64,000 nucleotides of DNA. Origin: Candidatus Eiseniibacteriota bacterium (GTDB taxonomy: Bacteria > Eisenbacteria > RBG-16-71-46 > JABDJR01). A program made the position numbers and the translations under genes. Where the stretch lies: the NCBI GenBank assembly GCA_963783375.1, contig CAWANH010000029.1, positions 1,312,001 through 1,376,000 of the forward strand, read 5' to 3'. Of this stretch, positions 10,046 through 19,112 are shown one piece after another. Below the pieces are notes generated by a model, which was not told the origin of the DNA, made no database searches, and saw nothing but the letters and a program-made list of their open reading frames with translations. Each line of letters begins with the position of its first letter. The stretch's first letter is position 1.

Positions 10046-10408
10046 CTAACGGACGTGGTAACCAAAGATGCGAGTACCGAAGACCGCGAGCAGCCAACCG
10101 ATCAGCTGTCCGAAGGGACTGCCGGGGACCGTCGGAGGCGCTGGGGGGTTGATTCTGCCGAACCCCACGCCGAACTGGCCGTCGATCTGGAACGTGTCGG
10201 GATCTGCATCGAGGCCGCCGGAATCGCCCGTCCCACCGTGGTCGCCGGTGGGCCCGGGAGGATTCTGTCCCACCAGGAACTCCCCCATGGGGCCGGGGTC
10301 GTTGTCGTTGGCCTGGACGGCGGGAACGGCAGGCAGCAACACCCACAACACGAGTGCCGTCGCCACCGCGAGGAGGGCGGGCCCGTGGGATGTGTGATTG
10401 CGTTTCAT
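10046..10408 (-). CDS. Small secreted protein / candidate pro-peptide (120 aa)
   Basis: RBS GAGGTGA, ATG at 10408; Sec signal ending AVQA; G/P/D-rich middle; amphipathic C-terminal helix. Confidence 0.7.
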   Translation of the reverse strand: MKRNHTSHGPALLAVATALVLWVLLPAVPAVQANDNDPGPMGEFLVGQNPPGPTGDHGGTGDSGGLDADPDTFQIDGQFGVGFGRINPPAPPTVPGSPFGQLIGWLLAVFGTRIFGYHVR

Positions 10409-10460
10409 TGCGTCACCTCGCTCATCGGGTGTACATGGAAACCTTGTCACCATTACCAAA

Positions 10461-10476
10461 CGCACGTCCCATGCCA
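10461..10476 (-). promoter_or_regulatory. Sigma54 promoter (proximal)
   Basis: TGGCATGGGACGTGCG: GG-N10-GC spacing, ~50 nt upstream of ATG 10408. Confidence 0.6.
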
Positions 10477-10691
10477 TCCCACACGATTCCGTCCCGAATT
10501 CCCAAACACCGTAACTGTTTGAAAACTTGGGAGGTAGCCGGCAGGTTCCTCCCGGAGCCTCCGATTCTCTGAACGACAGTATAGCCGCCCCACCGGCTCG
10601 CCGCTACCCACCTGAAGGCGGATTTGAACTAACCTATTGAAATACAACAAGTTAAATATGGTAACCAAGTACCCACCCCAGGGCCGGATTG

Positions 10692-10708
10692 TGCAACCGC
10701 ATTGCCAG
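10692..10708 (-). promoter_or_regulatory. Sigma54 promoter (distal)
   Basis: CTGGCAATGCGGTTGCA, close to the YTGGCACG-N4-TTGCW consensus. Confidence 0.65.
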
Positions 10709-10760
10709 GCCTGACGTCGGGGGCGAGCCCCGGTCCCCGGCTTTCACGATCGCTTTCACA

Positions 10761-10789
10761 TTGACCTAAATCGTTGTGTTTGCTATGAT
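10761..10789 (+). promoter_or_regulatory. Sigma70-type promoter of the diguanylate cyclase gene
   Basis: TTGACC-17nt-TATGAT with TGn extension. Confidence 0.7.
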
Positions 10790-10973
10790 TTGCCTGCTTT
10801 ACTCCCACTGCCACGCCCGGTCCGATCGTCGAGAAAAATCGCCCAGGACCGGTCGGCGACCAGTCTGAAGGCGAAGGCGGCCACGAGCAGGCCGGCATCC
10901 AGGGCAACCGCATCTTGAGACGCAACAGGCTCGACCTGCCCCCCCCGGCCGGAGCAGGCGTGGACCGGGGAGC

Positions 10974-12347
10974 ATGAAACAGCGCGCCATTCCCTTCCGA
11001 GAGCTGCTGCAGCAGGTCCTTCCCCTGGACCGGCTGCCGGCGGCGGACCGCGCCCGTGTGGAAGCAGCCATCCGGGAAGGGGATCCGCGCACCCTGGAGG
11101 CGCTGGCCTTCGAGCTCCTCGACCGCCTCGTCGACCTCGGCCATCTCCGCCTGGTGGAGGAGGTGCTCCGGGGGGATGAGAAGATCCGCCGCTACCGGGA
11201 TCTCACCACCGGCAACACCATCGCCCTGAGGCTCCCGGTGGGCGACGAGGACGAGGGGATCCACAAGATCCCGCTCCCGCTCCGGGACTGGAAGGGGGCG
11301 GCGTCCCTCGACCAGATCCGCACTCTCTTCAACCTGTACAACAAGATCCTGACCCAGGACTCCCATCTCCTTCGCGGGCCCAGGGACATCCTGCGCCAGG
11401 TCATGCTCACCGTGCGACAGATCCTCGGGTGCGAGCGCGTCACCTTCTGGATGGCGGGAAAGAGCCCTGAGGGAGGCCTCCCCCTGGAGAACCTGAACGG
11501 GGAGCCCTACGACCCGGATCTGGCCCGGGAATGGGTGCTCACCCGGCGCTACCTGGTGGTCCTTCCCGAGCTTCCCGCCCAGATCGACCCCAGCACCGGA
11601 CGTCTGGAAACCGACTTTCACTCCCTGGCCATGATCCCGGTGGGTGAATCCGATCAGGCGGTCTACGGGGTCCTCCACGCCTGGAGCGTCCATTCCCACT
11701 TCTTCGACGAGGATCGCCAGGGACTGATGAGCCTGCTCTCGGAGTTCGCCACCGACCTCCTCCGCCGCTCCGAGATCCTGGGCAACCTGGTGTTCGTCGA
11801 CGCCTCGACCCAGGTCTACAACCGGGCCTACTTCAACCTCCAGCTCGACAACGAGATCGCCCGCGCCCGCCGGGATTCGAAGCCGCTGGCCCTGGCCATC
11901 GTGGACATCGACGACTTCAAGTCCTTCAACAGCCGCTACGGCTACGAAGGGGGGAACCAGGTCCTGGCCAACACCGCCCAGGTCCTGAAGAACGGCCTCC
12001 GCCCCTTCGATTCGGTGGCCCGCTGGGGCGGGGAGGAGTTCGCGCTCATCCTGACCCCGCCGGTCACCCCGGAGGATGCCCTGGCGGTGTGCGAGCGACT
12101 GCGCCGGGCGACCGAACTCTCCCACTTCAGCATTACCGGGCTCGAGGGCCAGTCGGTGGCCAGTCGCATCACGGTGAGCATCGGAGGCGCGGTCTACCCG
12201 CAGGACGGCGCCTCGGCGGGTTCGCTGTGGAGGGCGGCCAACGCGGCTCTCGTCCACGCCAAGCGCACCGGCAAGAACCGGGTCGTGTTCGCCTCGGACC
12301 TCCCCCCGGACGCCGAAGCGGGCCCGGAGCGCGAGCGGCGCGGCTAG
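10974..12347 (+). CDS. GAF + GGDEF diguanylate cyclase
   Basis: DASTQVYNR, DIDDFKSFNSRYG, RWGGEEF, AKRTGKNRV. Confidence 0.92.
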   Translation: MKQRAIPFRELLQQVLPLDRLPAADRARVEAAIREGDPRTLEALAFELLDRLVDLGHLRLVEEVLRGDEKIRRYRDLTTGNTIALRLPVGDEDEGIHKIPLPLRDWKGAASLDQIRTLFNLYNKILTQDSHLLRGPRDILRQVMLTVRQILGCERVTFWMAGKSPEGGLPLENLNGEPYDPDLAREWVLTRRYLVVLPELPAQIDPSTGRLETDFHSLAMIPVGESDQAVYGVLHAWSVHSHFFDEDRQGLMSLLSEFATDLLRRSEILGNLVFVDASTQVYNRAYFNLQLDNEIARARRDSKPLALAIVDIDDFKSFNSRYGYEGGNQVLANTAQVLKNGLRPFDSVARWGGEEFALILTPPVTPEDALAVCERLRRATELSHFSITGLEGQSVASRITVSIGGAVYPQDGASAGSLWRAANAALVHAKRTGKNRVVFASDLPPDAEAGPERERRG

Positions 12348-12430
12348 CCCGATCCGACGCCCATCTTCTCCCCCTCGCAACACGCCTTCGTGATTCGGAC
12401 GGGCTGGGCCCCCGGTCCCCATACCACCCC

Positions 12431-12460
12431 AAAAAGCGGGGCCCGGCGAACCCGGGCCCC
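12431..12460 (-). terminator. Intrinsic terminator of HU gene
   Basis: GGGGCCCGG-GTTCG-CCGGGCCCC followed by GCTTTTT on minus strand. Confidence 0.75.
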
Positions 12461-12500
12461 AATCACTATGGAATCAGTACTCTATGCGGTGGAAAGGATC

Positions 12501-12767
12501 TCAGAGGCTGGTCTTGTAGGCCTTTCCGGGACGGAAACGGACGCTCTTCGAGGCCTTGATCTTGATCGCCTCGCCCGTCTTGGGGTTCCGGCCGATCCGG
12601 GCCTTGCGGTTGGAAACGCTGAAGGAGCCGAAACCGGCCAGGCTGACCCCGCCCTTCTTGGTCCCGCGCTTGATCGCGTCCAGGGTGGCGTCGACCGCCG
12701 CGGAGGCGTCCTTCTTGGTGAGCTGGGTCTTCTTGGCGACGGATTCGATGAGCTCTTGCTTGTTCAC
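12501..12767 (-). CDS. hup: HU family DNA-binding protein
   Basis: MNKQELIESVA..GFGSF..RKARIGRNPKTGEAIKI..FRPGK; GTG start after GGAGG. Confidence 0.95.
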   Translation of the reverse strand: MNKQELIESVAKKTQLTKKDASAAVDATLDAIKRGTKKGGVSLAGFGSFSVSNRKARIGRNPKTGEAIKIKASKSVRFRPGKAYKTSL

Positions 12768-13026
12768 GGTGGTGCCCTCCATTGGTACCGCTGACGCGCG
12801 TCATTGCGCGTCAACCGGACTCATATCACCGTGGTATAAGTCCGTCAACGGAAAAAGGCGCCAATGGAGTTGATTTTCCGGGGAAATGCGGACCCGCGGC
12901 GGCGGATCCTTCGGCGCGGCGGGAGTTCCCCGGACCGGGGGGCGGGGAATCCTTGCCCGCCGGGAGCTTCCCGCCCTCCGGATCGGGAATCCGACCCGGG
13001 GCGGGGTCCGGACCGGTCCCGAGGGT

Positions 13027-16000
13027 TCAGCGAGCCACCGCCACCCGCTCCAAGTGCTTGATTTCTTTTCCGTTACCGCCGTGGGCGTCGAACATGAGCA
13101 GGTACACGCCGTTGGCCACCCGGTCCCCCCCTTCGTCGCGGAGGTCCCAGGCGAAGGCGTTGGTCCCGGCGAGGGAGGGTACCGGGGTCCTGAGAACCCG
13201 CCGGCCGGCCACGGTGTAGATGGTCACCCGGGCGTCCCGGGCGCTTTGATTCAGGGTGTAGACGAACCGGCCCCCTCCCCCGTCGGCCGGGTTGGGGTAG
13301 AAGAACGAGTTCAGGAGGTCGAACCCCTCTCCGGAGACCTGGAACTTGACCGATCGGGTCACCGCGCCCCCCACCTCGTCGGTCACCCGAAGCTCGGCGG
13401 CATGCAGGCCGGAGCCCCAGGTACGCTGGAGATCCAGCGTCCACTGCCTTCCCTCGGCGTCGAGCTTGGTCATGACGGGCTCGACGGAGGCCCCGTCTAC
13501 CACCAGGGCGATGGCCCCCTGGGCGAGGGGCACCGGGCTGGTAATCCGGGCCTGGATGACCGCGGTGGAGTCCACCAGGTCGGCTCCGGAGGAGCTTAGC
13601 TTCTTCCCGTCCGCGCTGAACTCGGTCTGGAACTGAACGGGGAGGGTGAATCGACTGATTCGCCCGGACCAGTCGGTGGCCTCGATGGCCACGTCGTAGG
13701 TGCCCAACCGCAGCGCGGTCTTGAACTGGACCTGGTAGGTCTGGGCCCCCTCCGCCCCGGCGTCCGGAGGCACCACCGTCACCCGGCCCGGCGGGACCTC
13801 GGTTTCCCCCTCGGTGACCCGAATCGTGGAGACGTCCACGTCGTCCGAGATCGCCGCGGACACCAGGATCGAATCCTGGAAGGAAGCGGCGGCGAGGGGA
13901 GTGCCGTCGGCCACCTGGGAGCCGTTCACCTCGACCCGGAGGTCGGCGGCGGCGATGTCCACCAAGAGAGCGGGATCTCCCAGGGTCACGTAGGTGCGGA
14001 GCATCTCCGCCCAGTGGGAGGTCATCCCGTGCTCCAGCGCGTTGGCCACGAAGGCGCGGGTCATGCAATCGCCCAGGATCCGCCGCGGACGGCCGGTGGC
14101 CGGGTCCCGGGGAAGGTCCCAGAACAGGGCCCGCGTGGTGTACGACTGGGCGTCGGGATTGGTGAGCAGCAGTTCGTAGGCGGTCGAGGCCACGGTGGCC
14201 ACCGCGCCCCGGTTGGGGGCCAGGAGCAGGGACTCCCCGATTGATTCTCCCCCCACTCCCCCGTTGGACCCCTCGTTCGCGTTCTCGAATTCGGCCAGGT
14301 GGCAGGCGTAGCCGAAGAAGAGGAACGGTTTGCCCAGGTTGTTGATCCGGTCCACGTCCCGCACCGAGAGCCGGGGATAGTTCTGGAACGTGGTCTCGGT
14401 GGTGATGATGTTGCGGTTGGCGTGTCCGGTGAACTCCCACACCAGACTCCCCCGGCTCACCTGGTCGACCAGGGCCGGGGTGACGTGGGACCGAACCCAG
14501 GGAATGGTCTCGGTCAGAAGACTCTTGCCGTCACGGCTGGGGCAATTGCCCACGATCCCGGGACGGCGGCCGAGAGACGCGACGGTGTCCACGTAGGCGT
14601 TCAGATAGAACGGGACGCACTGGAAGTCCATGAGCCCGCTTCGACCGGGGATGGAATCGCACATCGCCTCGGTGGTGGACCGGAAGACGACCTCGTCCGG
14701 CTTCCAGCAGTACCCCGAGTTGAAGGTGATGCTGGTCGAGTACTGGTCGTCGGCGAAGAAGACGCCGCGTTTCCGCCAGTCGTCGGTGGGTTGGGCGTTC
14801 TCGAAGGCGAGGATCTTCTCCACCATCCGGTTCACCTCGTCCACGCTTCCCACCGGGAGCCGGCCCACGTGCATCTCCGGGAGCACGTCCAGCTCGTCGT
14901 CCCCGGGGCGGAGCGCCGCCACGTACCAGTTGTCGGTCCCGGCCAGCTCCCGCCCTCCGGGGCCGGGCACGTGGCCGAAGTGCATCATGGTCGGCACCCA
15001 GTCCGGATCCGAAGTGGCCAGATCGTGCCGGTAGTCCTCGCTGGCGTCGCCGCCCAGCATGAGGTAGCTCGGGGCGGGGTCCCAGTTGCGGTAGGCCTGG
15101 GTGAGGAAGCGCCGGATGGCCCAGGGGGTCTTGTCGCCTCCCGAAAACTCGTCGTACACCTCCAGCACGTCGCAGAGGAGCACCTGGTGCCCCTGGGATT
15201 CCCGGTGCTGGACGAGCGGGGCCCAGGCGTCCCGGAACCCGGGTTGGGTCAGGAGCACGTAGTCGCTTCCCCGACCGGCGACCAGGAGGTCGCGGGTGAG
15301 CCCGGAGGCGATGGCCGTGGTGCCGAGATCGGGGGGCAGCGGATGCTCCGAGGGCGGAAGTCCGGTGATCCGGCTGGGGTCGAGGGCCACGAACGTGCGC
15401 CGGCTCCCGGTTCCCACGATCCGGATGGTGGCCGCATATCCGCCCTCCGAGGCCTCGACGTGGGGGGTGAGCCATACCGGGTTGGCCGGGTCGGTGATCT
15501 CCAGGACCTTGACGTCGGGGGTGGTGAACCCGGTCACCCGGAACTCGAGATTCCCGGTCAGGGACCAGTTGTTGAACACCAGCCGGTCGTCGTGGGCGCG
15601 GAGGAGCCGGCTGTAGTTCAGGTCGAACCAGTCGAATTCCGACCCGCTCAGGTTGGTGGAGAACGGCGTCCGGCCCAGGATGTGAACCTGATTCGTGCCG
15701 TCCACCAGACACCCGTTGATGGGCCGCGCGCCCGAATGCCAGGTGAACGTCTCCTGCTTCTTGAAGTGATAGTCCTCGAGGAGGGCGCAGTTGTTCATCT
15801 TGAAGGACACGACGTGGGTGTCCGCGGGGGCCACGGTGTAGACCCCCTGCCAGAGGGCATCCACCTGGAACATCCCGGCCGGGTCGGGGTCGTGGAGAAC
15901 GATGGACACGGTCTCGTTCACCTGGCGGGGATCGAACCAGTAGAGGGCGGACTTGGCCGGGTAGATCGAATTCCCGTCCTGGGGGGGATTGTTGAGGTAG

Positions 16001-17214
16001 TTCAGGTCCTTCTCGTAGTGCGTGTCCTGGGGGAACGAGGTGACCGGGGTCCATTCCCCATCCGCCGGATAGCCGTCCGCGCTCGGGATGTCCCGCCCCC
16101 CTTCATCCGACGCGGTAACCCAGTAGGTATGGAAGTACGAGTAGCGGCCGTCGGTGGGCTGGGGATGGAAACGATCCCGGTAGTTGAACCCGTAGAACTC
16201 CAGGAAGTCGCCGTCGTCGAACACCCCGTTGCCATTGGCGTCATCGATCGCCCGGGGAAGGTTGGTCACCAGGAACGGGTTGGCGCGGTTGGAGTCGTAG
16301 CCCCGTTCCTCCACCCGCACCCTGCCTACCGCCTGGTCCGCGGGGAATCCTTCCGAGGCCAGGTCGGCGTAGGGGATGCGGCTGAATCCGGTGGCGCCGA
16401 AACGAACCCGAACGAACGGCTGACCCTCGGGAAAGGCGCGGGGAACGCTCTGGGGCGCGGCCTGGGTCCGAAACCCGCCGGCCGAGGCCCCGTTCACCAG
16501 GACCTTGTCCTGGAGCTCCTCCCAGCCCGGAGCATCGGGGCCGGCGGGAACCGTCCGCACCACGCCCGGCTTGGCGCTCGGCGCCTCGCCGCGGCGATCG
16601 AAGGAGACCGTGACCTCGATCTGGGTGGCCACCCGGTATTCACCGGTGGCCGGGATCACCTGGACCGGGCTCACCGACACCACCGAGACCCGCTGGTGCC
16701 GCCAGCCCGCGGTCGGGCCCAGCTCGGCCACCTCGGGCGGGAACCAGCCGGCGGACCGGTAGACGGCAGGATCGGGGGTGTAGGTGTCCACCTCGGTGGG
16801 AAACGGATCGCCGTAGACGAACCGGGACCGGGGGACGGGAACCGGGGCCGACCCGTGAAAGGCGGTGCTGGCGATCACCCGGGTGGAAATCCGGGCGACG
16901 GCGCCCTCGGGGAGCGCAAACGGGAAACCGCGGCGGGGCAGGTTCGGGAGTCCGGCGTCCTCGCCACCCCGTCCGCCGTAGCCGGGGATCGTCACCGAGA
17001 GGTAGGTTCCCCCTTCCGGGAGGTCCACCGGCGCGGTGGTGGGCGGGGGCACGGTGACGCGGAGAGTGAAGCCGTCGGGGCCCTGGCGGGTCAGCTCCGA
17101 CCGTCCCGAGGTCGCAGGAGCGGGCGGAGCCGGAGCCTCGGCGGCCGGGACCGCGGCGGCGAAGACCATGAGGGCCACGGCCGATAACACGAACGAGGGC
17201 ATAGCCAGACGCAT
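13027..17214 (-). CDS. C25 (gingipain/PorU-like) cysteine peptidase with propeptide and C-terminal FlgD-Ig/T9SS-like domain
   Basis: YLMLGGDAS, MHVGRLPV, FTGHA (His) and GYACH (Cys) catalytic motifs, LGDPAL; YPNP..IYTVAGRRV..WDLRDEGGDRVANGVY tail; signal peptide. Confidence 0.88.
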   Translation of the reverse strand: MRLAMPSFVLSAVALMVFAAAVPAAEAPAPPAPATSGRSELTRQGPDGFTLRVTVPPPTTAPVDLPEGGTYLSVTIPGYGGRGGEDAGLPNLPRRGFPFALPEGAVARISTRVIASTAFHGSAPVPVPRSRFVYGDPFPTEVDTYTPDPAVYRSAGWFPPEVAELGPTAGWRHQRVSVVSVSPVQVIPATGEYRVATQIEVTVSFDRRGEAPSAKPGVVRTVPAGPDAPGWEELQDKVLVNGASAGGFRTQAAPQSVPRAFPEGQPFVRVRFGATGFSRIPYADLASEGFPADQAVGRVRVEERGYDSNRANPFLVTNLPRAIDDANGNGVFDDGDFLEFYGFNYRDRFHPQPTDGRYSYFHTYWVTASDEGGRDIPSADGYPADGEWTPVTSFPQDTHYEKDLNYLNNPPQDGNSIYPAKSALYWFDPRQVNETVSIVLHDPDPAGMFQVDALWQGVYTVAPADTHVVSFKMNNCALLEDYHFKKQETFTWHSGARPINGCLVDGTNQVHILGRTPFSTNLSGSEFDWFDLNYSRLLRAHDDRLVFNNWSLTGNLEFRVTGFTTPDVKVLEITDPANPVWLTPHVEASEGGYAATIRIVGTGSRRTFVALDPSRITGLPPSEHPLPPDLGTTAIASGLTRDLLVAGRGSDYVLLTQPGFRDAWAPLVQHRESQGHQVLLCDVLEVYDEFSGGDKTPWAIRRFLTQAYRNWDPAPSYLMLGGDASEDYRHDLATSDPDWVPTMMHFGHVPGPGGRELAGTDNWYVAALRPGDDELDVLPEMHVGRLPVGSVDEVNRMVEKILAFENAQPTDDWRKRGVFFADDQYSTSITFNSGYCWKPDEVVFRSTTEAMCDSIPGRSGLMDFQCVPFYLNAYVDTVASLGRRPGIVGNCPSRDGKSLLTETIPWVRSHVTPALVDQVSRGSLVWEFTGHANRNIITTETTFQNYPRLSVRDVDRINNLGKPFLFFGYACHLAEFENANEGSNGGVGGESIGESLLLAPNRGAVATVASTAYELLLTNPDAQSYTTRALFWDLPRDPATGRPRRILGDCMTRAFVANALEHGMTSHWAEMLRTYVTLGDPALLVDIAAADLRVEVNGSQVADGTPLAAASFQDSILVSAAISDDVDVSTIRVTEGETEVPPGRVTVVPPDAGAEGAQTYQVQFKTALRLGTYDVAIEATDWSGRISRFTLPVQFQTEFSADGKKLSSSGADLVDSTAVIQARITSPVPLAQGAIALVVDGASVEPVMTKLDAEGRQWTLDLQRTWGSGLHAAELRVTDEVGGAVTRSVKFQVSGEGFDLLNSFFYPNPADGGGGRFVYTLNQSARDARVTIYTVAGRRVLRTPVPSLAGTNAFAWDLRDEGGDRVANGVYLLMFDAHGGNGKEIKHLERVAVAR

Positions 17215-17380
17215 CCTTGGGCTTCCTCCCTGGGGTCCTGGGGCGTCGAAAAGAGTCGAAATCTTACACCCTGGGGCCGGTCCCGGGTTCCCGGGGTTGG
17301 GGGCGGGCTGGGCTGCGGCTTGACCCGGCCCTCCGGCCCTGGTAGCGTCTCGAATCCGCATCTGGGGAAACCACAGCGAC

Positions 17381-18307
17381 ATGGCCGAAACCGTCACCAC
17401 CTCCCCCGCCCGGTCCCGCCTGGGGCTGTACTGGGAACTCGCCCGCCCCTTCACCCTCCTCGCTCCCGCCCTCGGGATGCTCTCGGGAGGCATCGCCGGC
17501 GTCGGGGCGCGCCCGCCCCTTCCCCTCGGGCCGACCCTGTTCCTGAACCTGGCTCTCGGCACCCTCATGGCCGCGTCCCTGAACGCCGCCTCGAACACCC
17601 TGAACCAGATCTACGATCTCGAGGTGGATCGGGTCAACAAGCCGCGCCGTCCCCTGCCCAGCGGGCGGGTCTCGATCGCCGAGACGGGGGCGCTGACCCT
17701 GGTCCTCTTCATCTTCGCCCTCCTCCTGGCCTGGCTGGTGGACATCCAGTGCTTCATCCTCGCGTCGGCGGCCGCGATCCTCACCACCGCCTACTCCGTC
17801 CCCCCCCTGCGCACCAAGGCCCGGGGCGTCTGGGCCAACGTCACCATCGCCATCCCCCGGGGACTCCTCCTCAAGGTGGCCGGCTGGTCGTGCGTGCGCA
17901 CGGTGATCGCGCCGGAGCCGTGGTTCATCGGGATGATCTTCGGGCTCTTCCTCCTCGGGGCCAGCTCCACCAAGGACTTCGCCGACATCGCGGGCGACCG
18001 GGCGGGAGGGTGCCGGACCCTGCCCATCATCTACGGGGTCCGCCGCGCGGCCTGGATGATCGCCCCCTTCTTCGTCCTTCCCTTCCTCCTGATGCCGCTG
18101 GGCTCGATCCTTGGGATTCTCACCGGCAACCGGGCCGCCCTGACGTTTCTGGGCATCGGTCTCGCGGCGTGGGGAAGCTACGTGGTCTACCTGATCCTCC
18201 GCGACCCCGACGCGCTGGCCACCACCGAGAACCACCCGTCGTGGACCCACATGTACCTGATGATGCTCGCCGCCCAGATCGGGTTCGCGGTGGCCTACAT
18301 CCTGTGA
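17381..18307 (+). CDS. UbiA family prenyltransferase (DGGGP/chlorophyll-synthase-like motif)
   Basis: NQIYDLEVDRVNKPRRPLPSG and KDFADIAGDRAGGCRTLP motifs; multiple TM helices. Confidence 0.88.
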   Translation: MAETVTTSPARSRLGLYWELARPFTLLAPALGMLSGGIAGVGARPPLPLGPTLFLNLALGTLMAASLNAASNTLNQIYDLEVDRVNKPRRPLPSGRVSIAETGALTLVLFIFALLLAWLVDIQCFILASAAAILTTAYSVPPLRTKARGVWANVTIAIPRGLLLKVAGWSCVRTVIAPEPWFIGMIFGLFLLGASSTKDFADIAGDRAGGCRTLPIIYGVRRAAWMIAPFFVLPFLLMPLGSILGILTGNRAALTFLGIGLAAWGSYVVYLILRDPDALATTENHPSWTHMYLMMLAAQIGFAVAYIL

Positions 18308-18356
18308 CCGCCCCCGCCCACCCTTCCCATCGCCCCCCGGAAAGGAGGTCCGTCAG

Positions 18357-19112
18357 GTGAACGGGCTCCGAAACGCGCTCTACCTGGCCGCGGGCAGCGT
18401 GGCCTCCACCGCCCTCGGCTTCCTCCTCGGATGGTCGTGGCTCTTCCCGATCCTTGGCGCCGCCGTTCCCTACCCCCTCTTCATCCGCCGGGTCGCCGCC
18501 GCGCGCTACCGGGCCGCGGTGGGGTGGGTGCTCCTGTGGGCGGTTTTCCAGAGCCTCGCGGTGGGAGGGGGAGTATTGCTCTTCCCGGAACGCGCGGCGA
18601 TCACCGTCCACCGCGGCCCCTCCTATGCCCAGGAGATGATTCACTGGGTGCGGACCGGAGAGGGTGAAGAGGGCTCGCCCCGGCTCTACCTTCCCATCCA
18701 CCTCCGCCATTACGCGGGGTTCTGCGCGCTTTCGGTGCTCACCGCGGGGGCGGCATCCCTGGCCCTGGGGACGTGGCTCCTCAACTACATGAACTACTAC
18801 GTGGCCTCCCTGGTCCTGGTGAGCGGGGACCGGGTCACCGCGGCGCTGCTGGGCTGGCCGGTGTGGGCGGAGATCCGCGTGGTGGGCTACGTGATCACCG
18901 GCGCCGCCCTGGCCGCCCTCGGGCTCTCCATCTTCCGCCGGTGGACCGGGAGAAACGGGTCCCCCGAAACAGAGACGGACCGGGAAGCGCGCCTTCGCTT
19001 CCCGGTCCGCGTGTTCCTTCTGGGCCTGGGCCTCGTGGTCCTGGATGCGGCCCTCAAGGCCGTCCTGGCCCCCATCTGGCAGCCGGTGCTGCTCCGGGCC
19101 CTGACCGGCTAG
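18357..19112 (+). CDS. Multi-pass membrane protein (distantly SpoIIM-like)
   Basis: GGAGG RBS with GTG start; about 7 hydrophobic segments. Confidence 0.7.
   Translation: MNGLRNALYLAAGSVASTALGFLLGWSWLFPILGAAVPYPLFIRRVAAARYRAAVGWVLLWAVFQSLAVGGGVLLFPERAAITVHRGPSYAQEMIHWVRTGEGEEGSPRLYLPIHLRHYAGFCALSVLTAGAASLALGTWLLNYMNYYVASLVLVSGDRVTAALLGWPVWAEIRVVGYVITGAALAALGLSIFRRWTGRNGSPETETDREARLRFPVRVFLLGLGLVVLDAALKAVLAPIWQPVLLRALTG

Noticed and set aside
6946-17187. Long antisense ORFs (e.g. 6946-9678 +, 10629-12422 -, 14299-17187 +)
   Set aside because: Shadow frames opposite well-supported genes, expected at this GC content
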